Shown: positions 1 through 8,890 of the stretch, in pieces
Position numbering within the stretch: the stretch's first letter is position 1
How the letters are laid out: every line of letters begins with the position of its first letter
DNA from: Haliotis rubra
Lineage: Eukaryota
NCBI RefSeq assembly: GCF_003918875.1
Contig: NW_025767077.1
Coordinates: forward strand, 868,001-932,000
Direction of reading: 5' to 3'
Length of the DNA stretch: 64,000 nt
Notes under the pieces: model-generated
The model's database searches: none
What the model was told of the DNA's origin: nothing
The model's input: only the letters and a program-made list of their open reading frames with translations
Program-made: the position numbers and the translations under genes

Positions 1-201
1 GCTACAAGCCTATTGACTAAATCACTCATTCTCACTCAACCTGCACATTGACTCTATTGCGTTGTCGCATGATTGTAAGTGCGAAAATATTGATAGTTTG
101 GAAATAAAGATACATTGGGTATTATGTGTTAATTTACCATTACCATTTCCACAATACATGAAAAGTATATTCTTACGATATGCAAAACATCCCATTTAAG
201 T

Positions 202-556
202 GACTGCCGCCTCCGTGGTGTAGTGGTTAGAGCGTCCGCCCGGAGAGCGGAAGGTCGCGGGTTCGATCCCCGACCGCGTCATACCAAAAGACGTTAAAAT
301 ATGGTACTTGTTGGTCCCTGCCTGGCGCTCGGCATAAATGGGTACATCAAGGACTAGTCGGCTCGGAGTCAGTATAATGTGTCTGAGTGGGGTATTCATG
401 CTTCACTGCGGCATGGTATCTCGGTGGGCTAGCACTATAAAACCAGCTTAAGTCTGGGCTAGTACAAGCAGCCGCACGTACGCATACACACGCATACACG
501 TCGTCATATGAGCGAAATATTCTCAAGCACGACGTAAAACCCAATTTCACCTCACC
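202..556 (+). mobile_element. tRNA-derived SINE, family B (~355 bp, Meta-domain-like core), 12-bp TSD
   Basis: Pol III A box (gtggtgtagtggtt) and B box (ggttcgatccc), core cgtcataccaaaagacgttaaaatatggtact, (cacct)n tail. TSD tcccatttaagt at 190-201 and 557-568. Empty site in copy 4 at ~20376-20387. Confidence 0.9.
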
Positions 557-2059
557 TCCCATTTAAGTTAAACGTTGCATGTCGCCAGCGAGGGTGTATA
601 TATTTGTTGCATCAAAAATAACACTAGTGATAGTGAATGTAATCTTTTATGCATCACGTGGAAGATATCATGCTGAATGTTACTGTGAGTTGGCCATTTA
701 ACCTAATATTTGAGATTTTAATGAAATTCCACTGTCGACAATTCTTTGAAGATACAATGCATATACAGTATAGACAAGGGTGTATTTTACGTTACGACGT
801 TATAAGACCTTATACATAACATGAGCACATCTATATGATCATCTGGTAAGAAGTATGCAACCTAGTTCCATTTCCCGTCTCCTATATTTGCACTTTATCA
901 TTTGTTTAACTTGCGTGGCTCAAAATAATCACTGATGTATGTTACGTTACGTATTCCACGTTACAGTACTTTACGTTACTTATTATACGTTACGGTATTT
1001 TTACGTTACAGTTCCATATATGGCTGTTTAACATCACATAATGTGCATACGCCACTAACAAATTTGATGACGCCATGAAAACATGTTGCGTCATTCATGC
1101 CGATTTCAATGTGCGTGCTGCTCATGATCTGAAGCTGTGAGGGGTTAAATCATCGGTATGTAAGTACTGAACTTTCAACCTTATGATTCTTGTATATGTG
1201 TACAAGTCAAACTGTTAAACGTTTATCAGTGCGTGTAATGAAGATAGTCTAATGAGATGTATCAGGTATAATCATGCTCGGTAATGAAAAACATACTGAA
1301 ATTATCGTATGTCATTCGTAACGTAAAATACAGTTGCTGTAACGTAATATACAGTTAGATTGTACTGGTGTTAAATGACCACAATACCTATATAATCCAA
1401 CGTTTGTTGCTAAACGTTTGCTAGAGATATGTTATTCATTTATTTGTATTTGCAGTTTTCTTAAAATGACAAAAAAAACTGCAGCCGTTATGTTTGACAG
1501 TATTTTACGTTACAGTTGCATTAAATGTTTATTACCTTACAGTGATACATTTGATAACCACTATGGAGCAAATAACTATATTTCCAGGTCGCATAACTCC
1601 TCGACGTTGTCTATACATATAGAAATGCCAGTGTAAGGCTTTCAATATTACTTTAGATGAACTAGAGAATCTATTTGGAAATTCTTGTTTGAAGTTCCAC
1701 CAATTGCCAGTATAACGGTCAAATTCTCTATAACATCTGATTACGCTTTTGGTTTATTTGTGTTGAAATTAACTCTAGTTTGTTAAAGGATTTTAGGAAA
1801 GAATTAAAACAAGTTGTACTATAGTTTTACATATATCTAACATTAAATTATTTTGTGTGACGTAAAATAAACTATAAGATACCCCAAATGCTAGTAACTG
1901 CCGTTTATTAACAAACCATAAAGACATTGTATCCTATCCTTCTGTACATAGGTCAAGTAAATAATACTTGTCGTTGTCATATCGAAGAATTTGTGTTCAG
2001 ATAAAAAAAAATTCGATTTCCATGATCACAAATGTGCACGCTAACTGAGAATGAGTGAA

Positions 2060-2440
2060 ATACTGGTTGCGCTACACCAGTGACACCAGTTAAGCAGATC
2101 AGTAGTGGTACATGAAACTCAAGGAAGCTGAGAGTTACCTCCCTTCCGATAGTGCCGGTCGTCGCGTAGCTACCGATCTCAGCAAAACGACGCCATTGTT
2201 GTTGCTTGTATACATCTGCTGTATCTCGCCATTGTTGGTCAATATCTATCTTCGATTTTGACGATCGCTTGAGTTTTTCCCCATACAGTCCAGCAGTTAC
2301 GTTCAAGGTACCAATGAATCCCAGTTTTGTGACTTTGTTTCAGTCTGTTGTTAAATATGGCGACTGGCCGATGTGTATCTTTACTAACGATGTTAGCATT
2401 TTTGTTCTTGATGTCTGAAAAGACCCCTGGCAGTGTTACG
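2060..2440 (-). pseudogene. Decayed intronless coding relic, paralog A (KLGFIGTLNVTAGLYGEKLKRSSKSKIDIDQQWRDTADVYKQQQWRRFAEIGSYATT...), product unknown; also ~10205-10580, ~16300-16680, ~22045-22415
   Basis: Aligns codon by codon with paralog B near 6765-7043, with synonymous differences (CGA/CGT, TCG/AGT, ATT/ATA, ACT/ACC, CCA/CCG). In-frame stops lie upstream. Confidence 0.55.
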
Positions 2441-2517
2441 ATTATCAGTATGCTTCCTGGGATACAGTAAACGTGTTCCTTCTGTTTTTAACATCAGATT
2501 TTAGAGGTTTTCTTAAA

Positions 2518-2871
2518 ATGGCGAATCCTGTCATGTGTAACGAACATTCTCTCAGACCGTATTACACTCGAGGGAACAGCTTATATTAATGACGAATCCT
2601 GTCATGTATAACGAACATTCTCTCAGACCGTATTACACTCGAGGGAACAGCTTATATTAATGACGAATCCTGTCATGTATAACGAACATTCTCTCAGACC
2701 GTATTACACCCGAGGGAACAGCTTATATTAATGACGAATCCTGTCATGTGTAACGAGCATTCTCTCAGACCGTATTACACTCGAGGGAACAGCTTATATT
2801 AATGACGAATCCTGTCATGTAAAACGAACATTCTCTCAGACCGTATTACACCCGAGGGAACAGCTTATATT
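2518..2871 (+). repeat. 71-bp minisatellite, 5 units (a 6th unit at 4438-4508 lies beyond the insertion)
   Basis: Unit atgacgaatcctgtcatgt(a/g)taacgaacattctctcagaccgtattacactcgagggaacagcttatatta starts at 2518, 2589, 2660, 2731, 2802. Copies 2 and 4 have about one unit; copy 3 has a partial unit. Confidence 0.95.
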
Positions 2872-3329
2872 GGCCTACCTTTAGAATACAGCACCACAAA
2901 CTTTAAAAATACGTCATAATACCCTTTTACGTAATGTAATGTGATTTTGTTCGAAAGCACGATCTCTAAACAATGCCCTATGACGCCTGCATGGCAACAC
3001 GGTTGTCTGGCTCAGCGAGTGCGTATGAGCTCCGCTCACTGGTGTTTCATCTCTACGAGCTATGTCATTGCATAAGGCCAACGATGTTGAGAGTTTCCAG
3101 TAGTTGTATACCGGCGGATGCGCAATATTTTGCAAGCACCAGTTTGAAATATTTTTCTTTTTTCACTAATACGCTCATATTTATTTGTATTACGGGCTGC
3201 TGGGGTGTTAAGTGTTGTGTATTTTGTATTTTGTAATTTTTTAAATTTACATATATATTTTTGTCATTCAGTAATTTGCACCATTACATAGAAAAGTGTT
3301 TTATTAGTATTTTTTATTTCGAAGCGGTA

Positions 3330-3662
3330 ATAATGCATTGCACTAGAAACGCCAGTCGTGTTTGTGCCGGTTCTGTCAATGCATTCTATTTATTAGGATT
3401 AATTCAAGGGATTAGGGTTAGGGCTGGGGCTAGGATTAGGATTAGGGTTTAGGGTTTAGGGTTTAGGGTTGGGGTTGGGGTTGGGGTTGGGGACCTAATG
3501 CAATATAGTAGGTACATGTCCGGTGGTTCGGTCAATGCATTCTATTTATTAGGATTATTTCAAGGGGTTAGGGTTAGGGTTAGGGCTGAGGGTTTAGGGT
3601 TAGGGTTTAGGGACCTAATCCAATATAGTAGGTACATGTCCGGTGTAATACGTGAGTACCAT
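3330..3662. mobile_element. Helentron-type non-autonomous (HINE-like) element with telomere-like (TTAGGG/TTTAGGG/TTGGGG)n tracts, nested in the Merlin-like element
   Basis: G-rich tracts at ~3411-3492 and ~3565-3612 lie in an internally duplicated unit (gtcaatgcattctatttattaggatta x2; gacctaat(g/c)caatatagtaggtacatgtccggtg x2). Similar to the reverse complement of 4815-4921. Confidence 0.55.
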
Positions 3663-4269
3663 TTGTTGTTTTTCTTTTTTGCATTTTAATACTTTTTTTT
3701 CACACAAAAACGGGAAACCAAAAACGTCGAAAGTACATTATGAAATGGGTTAATGTAGAAATTTTGGGCTAATGGAAATTGGCCTGGAATTTGCACTGAA
3801 GCCTCTTTCACACGCAACATAAATTTTGTAAAGTAATGATTCGAAGGCTAACTCACCCTCGTGCCGTCACTACACATGCTCATGTCTCCCTCGTTCCTTA
3901 TTGCGATCCACATTATCCTTACAGTGTTCCCTACATCACTTTTCTGTCACAAAATCACAGATTTATATAAAAGCGCGTCATTCATGCATACGCCGTGAAA
4001 TCTACGTCTGACGCCTGACGTCAACAACCCTTTTCCGTTTGAGGCATATCGGCTCATTCCACGCCACACGTTAATTTGTAGATTACGGAATGGGACGAGT
4101 GTGCCAAATGGCATCGGATCCATTCGGCAACTGTCCGTAGAATAAAATCGCATGACACCAAGTCTACCCGTAGCATTCGTAATTGTCCGTGACCTATTCG
4201 ACTCTTTCCGTTCATTTCCGTGACGTCACAGGAATGACTCGATAAATTTGCACAGTTTGCAACAGTGTG

Positions 4270-4335
4270 GACGTAGCTCAGTCGGTTAGCTGTCGAGCTA
4301 TCAATCCGAAGGTCGCGGGTTCGCGTCCGACGGGT
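4270..4335 (+). other. tRNA-like fragment (decayed tRNA or SINE head)
   Basis: gtagctcagtcggttag (A box) ... gaaggtcgcgggttcgcgtcc (B-box-like). No intact acceptor stem seen. Confidence 0.45.
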
Positions 4336-4582
4336 TCTCATAAACTGGTTGCTTGTCTTAATGACACGTGACCTATGGCAGAGATCGTCCTCACGAGAAG
4401 TTGTGGTGCTGTATTCTAAAGGTGCTCCCTTATATTAATGACGAATCCTGTCATGTGTAACGAGCATTCTCTCAGACCGTATTACACCCGAGAGAACAGC
4501 TTATATTACTTGTACTGAACTATGACTTTCAGTGTATTCTTTATTTCAAGACTTTTCATCACTTCTCCACAACACAGAAGTC

Positions 4583-5268
4583 ATGTTTCACCAGTTGCTC
4601 ACCACTGCTGTCACTCCTGTCCCACGTCGAGTAGGTGTGCTAAGGTTTTAGAATAAAACTAAACTATTGAAACTGAAACTTGTATCAGCTCCTGTAGGGA
4701 ACTAAAATGTAAGTCACTCAGTATTTGTTTTCACAACAGGTCAATGTCTGAGACAAAATGCCTCGTGTCCAAGTGTTCATGTTCCATAACCTCTTCCTGT
4801 ATGGCCAATTGTTCCGGTACACATGCATTACACCGGACCCTAACCCTCTCTAAATAATCCTAATGAATAAAATATATTGACCGTGGCAAGCAAATGGCTG
4901 TTGTGTCCGGTATGATGCATTCTTACTGTCTTTCATTACCCAGCATACAACCCGCCCTTCATATCACCCTTGTCTCATTATTTCTCTGTTCCCACTTCCC
5001 TCCCCACCAGCGTCCTTGTGTGTTCCACCCTGAACCCCTGTCCAACCTTCCCACCTCCTACATCTCTGTCCCCGACCCAGTCCCCGCCTCTGTTTCTGTC
5101 AACATCACCGGCCAAGTTATTGTGGCTGACACTGACTTTGTGGAGATAGATCTGAGCAGTGAGGCAGACACACAACCCCTCCCACCCCAATCCTTCCTGA
5201 GAGCCTTGCTGTCCCGTTTCATCCGTCTGGTGAAAAGAGTCTTCACCTCCAACAAAAACGACGTATAA
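4583..5268 (+). CDS. Candidate two-exon small orphan protein, copy 1 (exons 4583-4630 + 5011-5268; 101 aa MFHQLLTTAVTPVPRR/RPCVFHPEP...DTDFVEIDL...SFLRALLSRFIRLVKRVFTSNKNDV)
   Basis: Phase-0 donor CGA|gtaggt. Long polypyrimidine tract and acceptor ccccaccag|CGT. ATG, donor and YAG acceptor are kept in all four copies, with several synonymous differences between copies. Confidence 0.5.
4815..4921 (-). mobile_element. Short HINE/MITE-like element inside the candidate intron (present in all four copies)
   Basis: Imperfect sub-terminal inverted repeat tgcattacaccggac / gtccggtatgatgca with internal ccctaaccct. Related to 3330-3662. Confidence 0.45.
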
Positions 5269-5849
5269 AGTGCCATTTTGTGGGACATTTGTGGCAAATA
5301 AGTTACAAACAACACCTGTTATAATTTCTAGATGTTTGTTATTTCGTTAGTAAACTTTTGTTTTGTTTTTTGTTCAAATTGTTGTTTGCTGCATTATTTT
5401 GTTATATGAAGTATTCGCTACTTATGTTACATAATGGATCACAGTCAAGCATAACCCAAAGCTTCCAGTGACATTACAGAATTCTGCAGGGCAATTTGTC
5501 TGTCGGGAAAACGTTTGTAGATCTCCACAGGTTTGTGACATCATGGCGAAAACGTATAGTATATGCAATAGGTGCGTTTTGTTCGCGTATACACATCCAG
5601 AATGGGATTTGAAAATTTGTTGTGAACATTAAATACCGCCTTATTCTTAATTTCTCATGCCATCAGATGTCCAAATACATTTTAAATCATTGAAACCTTG
5701 AAATCTAGAGATGGAAGGAGTGTTTTACACTGCTGTTAGCATTATTCCGGCCATATCAGGGTGTAGGAGGTACATCATGTTGTTGACATCCGGATTATAT
5801 ATGGCAGCCGTTCCTGCTTCATTCCGACGGATTGTGATGATTTAAGCAT

Positions 5850-6278
5850 AAGGACTACACGGTATTACCGGTATACCGGTATATTGCATATTTTCAAATG
5901 ATACGTATGGCAATAGTTTTTTCTGAGATTGGTATATTGGGTAAAGAACATAAAGTTTTTGTGAGTGTGTTTATGGTTTAAATTAAAATCTACACAGACT
6001 TTCATTCACAACAAATATTTCCCTTCCTTATTTAATGACAAAACGGCATACTGTAATCCTATTAATTGTATTTAAAAAATAAAATCCATGACTATGCAAC
6101 CTAATTTTGAGATTGCTGCTATCAGAACCATAACATATGTCTAGGGACTTATAATGTAGAAAATAAGATTGCCATGCACAATTAGTGTCACTCACTGTCA
6201 CACACTTAAGTTCCCGATATATCGCAATACGTATCGCACTACATTGCAAGACAATTTATTTGCTAATACACAGCCCTA
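5850..6278. mobile_element. hAT-type MITE with 8-bp TSD (also 12278-12701, 18174-18592, 23911-24329; related copy ~58414-59010)
   Basis: Right terminus ...aatacacagcccta. TSD ttaagcat at 5842-5849 and 6279-6286. Matches tagggctgtgtattggcaaa at 58414. Confidence 0.75.
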
Positions 6279-6289
6279 TTAAGCATACA

Positions 6290-7043
6290 GGTTACAGTTA
6301 TCACAAGTCCGTGATTTATAGCAGGTATGAAGTATTACAGTTTACCGTCTAGTGAGGTATTTTGATACTCGCCGATTGTCATCGTGATCAGGGTGGTCCA
6401 ACGTCCGGTTGTTTGTGATCTGGTCAATGTGACGTAGGTTTGCATACATTTACATTACATGGGTTCAGTTCCAGTTGCTGTAAGTTCATATATTTTCAAG
6501 TTTCAAAGTTCATTATACAATTTATTTGTTTACAGTCCAGGAATATCAGTCGTGGGAGAGATACAGACAAATATCAGGTTCTAAATCCATGATGTGACAG
6601 ACAATGCCCAGCGACTGATGTAACCAGTACAGTTGACAGCCGGTATCGCGTCTCCAAACTCGAGACCTTGTACAAGATTTTTCAGTTCAGAGAATAAGTA
6701 ATAAACTCGTTTCTGAAGTTCATCTTGTTGTTGTGTGATCCTTCTATATTTTGCGGTATTTAGCGGTATAGGAAATACTGGGAATCTGAGGGTTATCTCC
6801 CTCTCGGTTATGCCGTTCGTTGCTTAGCTACCGAACGACACCATTGTTGTTGCTAGAATACATCTGCTTTATCTCGCCATTGTCAGTCTATATGTTCCTT
6901 CGATTTTGAACTACGCTTGAGTTTAGTAACATGCAGTCAAGTAGTTACTTTCAAGGTACCAATTATTCACGTTTTAGGACTTTGTCCCACTGTTCAGTGT
7001 GGTTGATGGGCCGATGTGTACTGCCAGCATTTTTGTTCGCCAA
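6290..7043 (-). pseudogene. Decayed intronless coding relic, paralog B (...KPGIIGTLKVT...KRSSKSKEDID*QWRDKADVF...REITLRFPVFPIPLNTAKYRRITQQRDELQKRVYYLFSELKNLVQGLEFGD...); probably continues past the MITE to ~5400
   Basis: Codon-level similarity to paralog A, with stops and a ~10-bp frameshifting deletion. ORF fragments 18895-19158 and 24632-24817 are the same relic in other copies. Confidence 0.5.
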
Positions 7044-7246
7044 CAGCTGATGAAATACCAGCGCCTTGAGCATGCACTAGTTGCACTAGTTGAACAGATT
7101 TCGTATATCAACATTTAGGTGTGTACGTTGACAAACGTAAGGGGCCTGCTAACGTTCATTGATTCATTCATTCATAGGATATTTATATATAGCGCACATA
7201 TCCTCACAACTAGTGCATGCTCAAGGCGCTGGTATTTCATCAGCTG
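7044..7246. repeat. Perfect 40-bp inverted repeat (7044-7083 / 7207-7246) built from a retroelement-like 3' tail; also ~13467-13673 and ~19357-19563
   Basis: cagctgatgaaataccagcgccttgagcatgcactagttg is the exact reverse complement of 7207-7246. The minus strand reads agcgccttgagcat...gcgctatataaat...(tgaa)n, an L2-like tail. Confidence 0.85.
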
Positions 7247-7722
7247 ATTTTAAGCAGCAGTCTCCCTGGTCATGGCACCACAGGGCAGAAGGAAATATGT
7301 TCCTGGTTTATTGGTCTGACCAAAAGTGTCGCTTTTCCCCTTTATCGGTATTATCTTTGTATTATGGATTAAAGGCGTAGTTGTGCCGTATTCGAATTCC
7401 CCTTTTCGTAGACATTCAAAGACTTTCTGTGGAGTGATGGCAAACGTACACTTGACCAGACCTAAAGGCTATTAATCTTCAGCTATACCCAATCAAAACA
7501 AGCTCGCACGCACTCACGCACAAACGCATATCAGCACACACATGCATGGAGCGTCAAGTGTAGTTTGTACTTTCATTTCTGGAAAAGTATGTTACCGTTA
7601 CACGCACTTTACAGTCCAGTTTACATCGAATGTCCGGACGCTCGGGACAGAACTTGAGCGGACTTCGGAAACATAATACTCTCTTAACTGGGACCAAAGG
7701 CCTCTCCCCGGCTGAATGTCAA

Positions 7723-8012
7723 TACGGCCAAATGTAAAATTATTCTTGTTTCACATTACCACCCCACCCAAAACTTCGACCCAACCCAACGATTTAAAAA
7801 AAAATATTACACTAGAGAAAATGCAACTTTGACTCTCAAAGTGTGCATGGATTTTCACACTTCTAAGTTTTGATTTTCTATCGGAGAAAAGGAGTAAAAA
7901 TCCACAGAAATTAAGTGGTTTGGGACATAAAAGAAAATAGAATCCGCCCGACCGACCCATATTTTTTTGAAAAAGTGATGAATAACAAGAATATTGTTTT
8001 TATGTGGCCTTA
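7723..8012. mobile_element. MITE with imperfect TIRs (also ~14147-14437; truncated at ~20024-20240)
   Basis: tacggccaaatgtaaaattattcttgttt ... aacaagaatattgtttttatgtggcctta. Confidence 0.55.
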
Positions 8013-8890
8013 CAATACCTTTTTTCTACAATTTCATAAACATCAATGGCTGGTAGATTTGGACTGTTGAAAAATTGATCATTTACACTCGTTATCAGGA
8101 ACGCTAGCGATGCGCTCCCGCAGCCACGTGTAATACATATTTCACCCTGTTTGGCTACAAGCCGATTGACTAAATCACTCATTCTCACTCAACCTGCACA
8201 TTGACTCTATTGCCTTGTCGCATGATTGTAAGTGCAAAAATATTGATAGTTTGGAAATAAAGATACATTGGGTATTATGTGTTAATTTACCATTACCATT
8301 TCCATAATACATGAAAAGTATATTCTTACGATATGCAAAACATCCCATTTAAGTGACTGCCGCCGTGGTGTAGTGGTTAGAGCGTCCGCCCGGAGAGGGG
8401 AAGGTCGCGGGTTCGATCCCCGACCGCGTCATACCAAAAGACGTTAAAATATGGTACTTGTTGGTCCCTGCCTGGCGCTCGGCATAAATGGGTACATCAA
8501 GGACTAGTCGGCTCGGAGTCAGTATAATGTGTCTGAGTGGTGTATTCATGCTTCACTGCGGCATGGTATCTCGGTGGGCTAGCACTATAAAACCAGCTTA
8601 AGTCTGGGCTAGTACAAGCAGCCGCACGTACGCATACACACGCATACACGTCGTCATATGAGCGAAATATTCTCAAGCACGACGTAAAACCCAATTTCAC
8701 CTCACCTCCCATTTAAGTTAAACGTTGCATGTCGCCAGCGAGGGTGTATATATTTGTTGCATCCAAAATAACACTAGTGATAGTGAATGTAATCTTTTAT
8801 GCATCACGTGGAAGATATCATGCTGAATGTTACTGTGAGTTGGCCATTTAACCTAATATTTGAGATTTTAATGAAATTCCACTGTCGACA
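8013..8890 (-). pseudogene. Decayed superfamily-3 (D5-like) helicase relic interrupted by the family-B SINE; equivalents at 1-189, 14438-14767 and (no SINE) 20290-20580
   Basis: Walker-A-like QMGCYTYRKNIFFMYYGNGNGKLT (D5 pattern hhhhYGxGxNGKS/T), Walker-B-like CRLSENE, then after a frameshift NRLVAKQGEICITRGCGSASLAFLITSVNDQFFNSPNLPAIDVYEIVEKR (B'/C/Arg-finger-like order). Recognised by eye only. Confidence 0.45.
8355..8706 (+). mobile_element. tRNA-derived SINE family B (inherited through the segmental duplication)
   Basis: Near-identical to 202-556, same TSD tcccatttaagt. Confidence 0.9.

Larger units (their letters stand above)
2872..4428. mobile_element. Non-autonomous DNA transposon, Merlin/IS1016-like (5'-GG termini, ~30-bp TIR, 8-bp TSD)
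   Basis: Left end ggcctacctttagaatacagcaccacaa; right end reverse complement ggagcacctttagaatacagcaccacaa. TSD cttatatt at 2864-2871 and 4429-4436. Absent from copies 2-4. No transposase ORF. Confidence 0.85.

Noticed and set aside
202-280. tRNA genes at SINE heads (also 12074, 34698, 48130-48202 and others)
   Set aside because: The A/B boxes continue into SINE bodies with tails and TSDs; no intact cloverleaf with a terminator was seen.
196-562. Recurrent ORFs MNTPLRH... and MGGEVKLG... (also 8349, 14774, 36196, 47896) and MTHVIGSQL... types
   Set aside because: Chance frames inside SINE families B and C.
3411-3612. True telomere or chromosome-fusion site
   Set aside because: Short, degenerate, single-orientation tracts embedded in a nested mobile element.
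4709-4800. 31-nt mini-intron (gtaagt...acaacag) and a middle exon with ATG CCT CGT
   Set aside because: The intron is implausibly short; inclusion after exon 1 gives an immediate stop, and its donors are out of phase with the conserved terminal frame.
7044-7075. Hammerhead ribozyme (CTGATGA core) or Penelope terminal repeat
   Set aside because: CTGATGA is followed directly by AATAC, with no stem II and no correctly placed GAAA or cleavage triplet.
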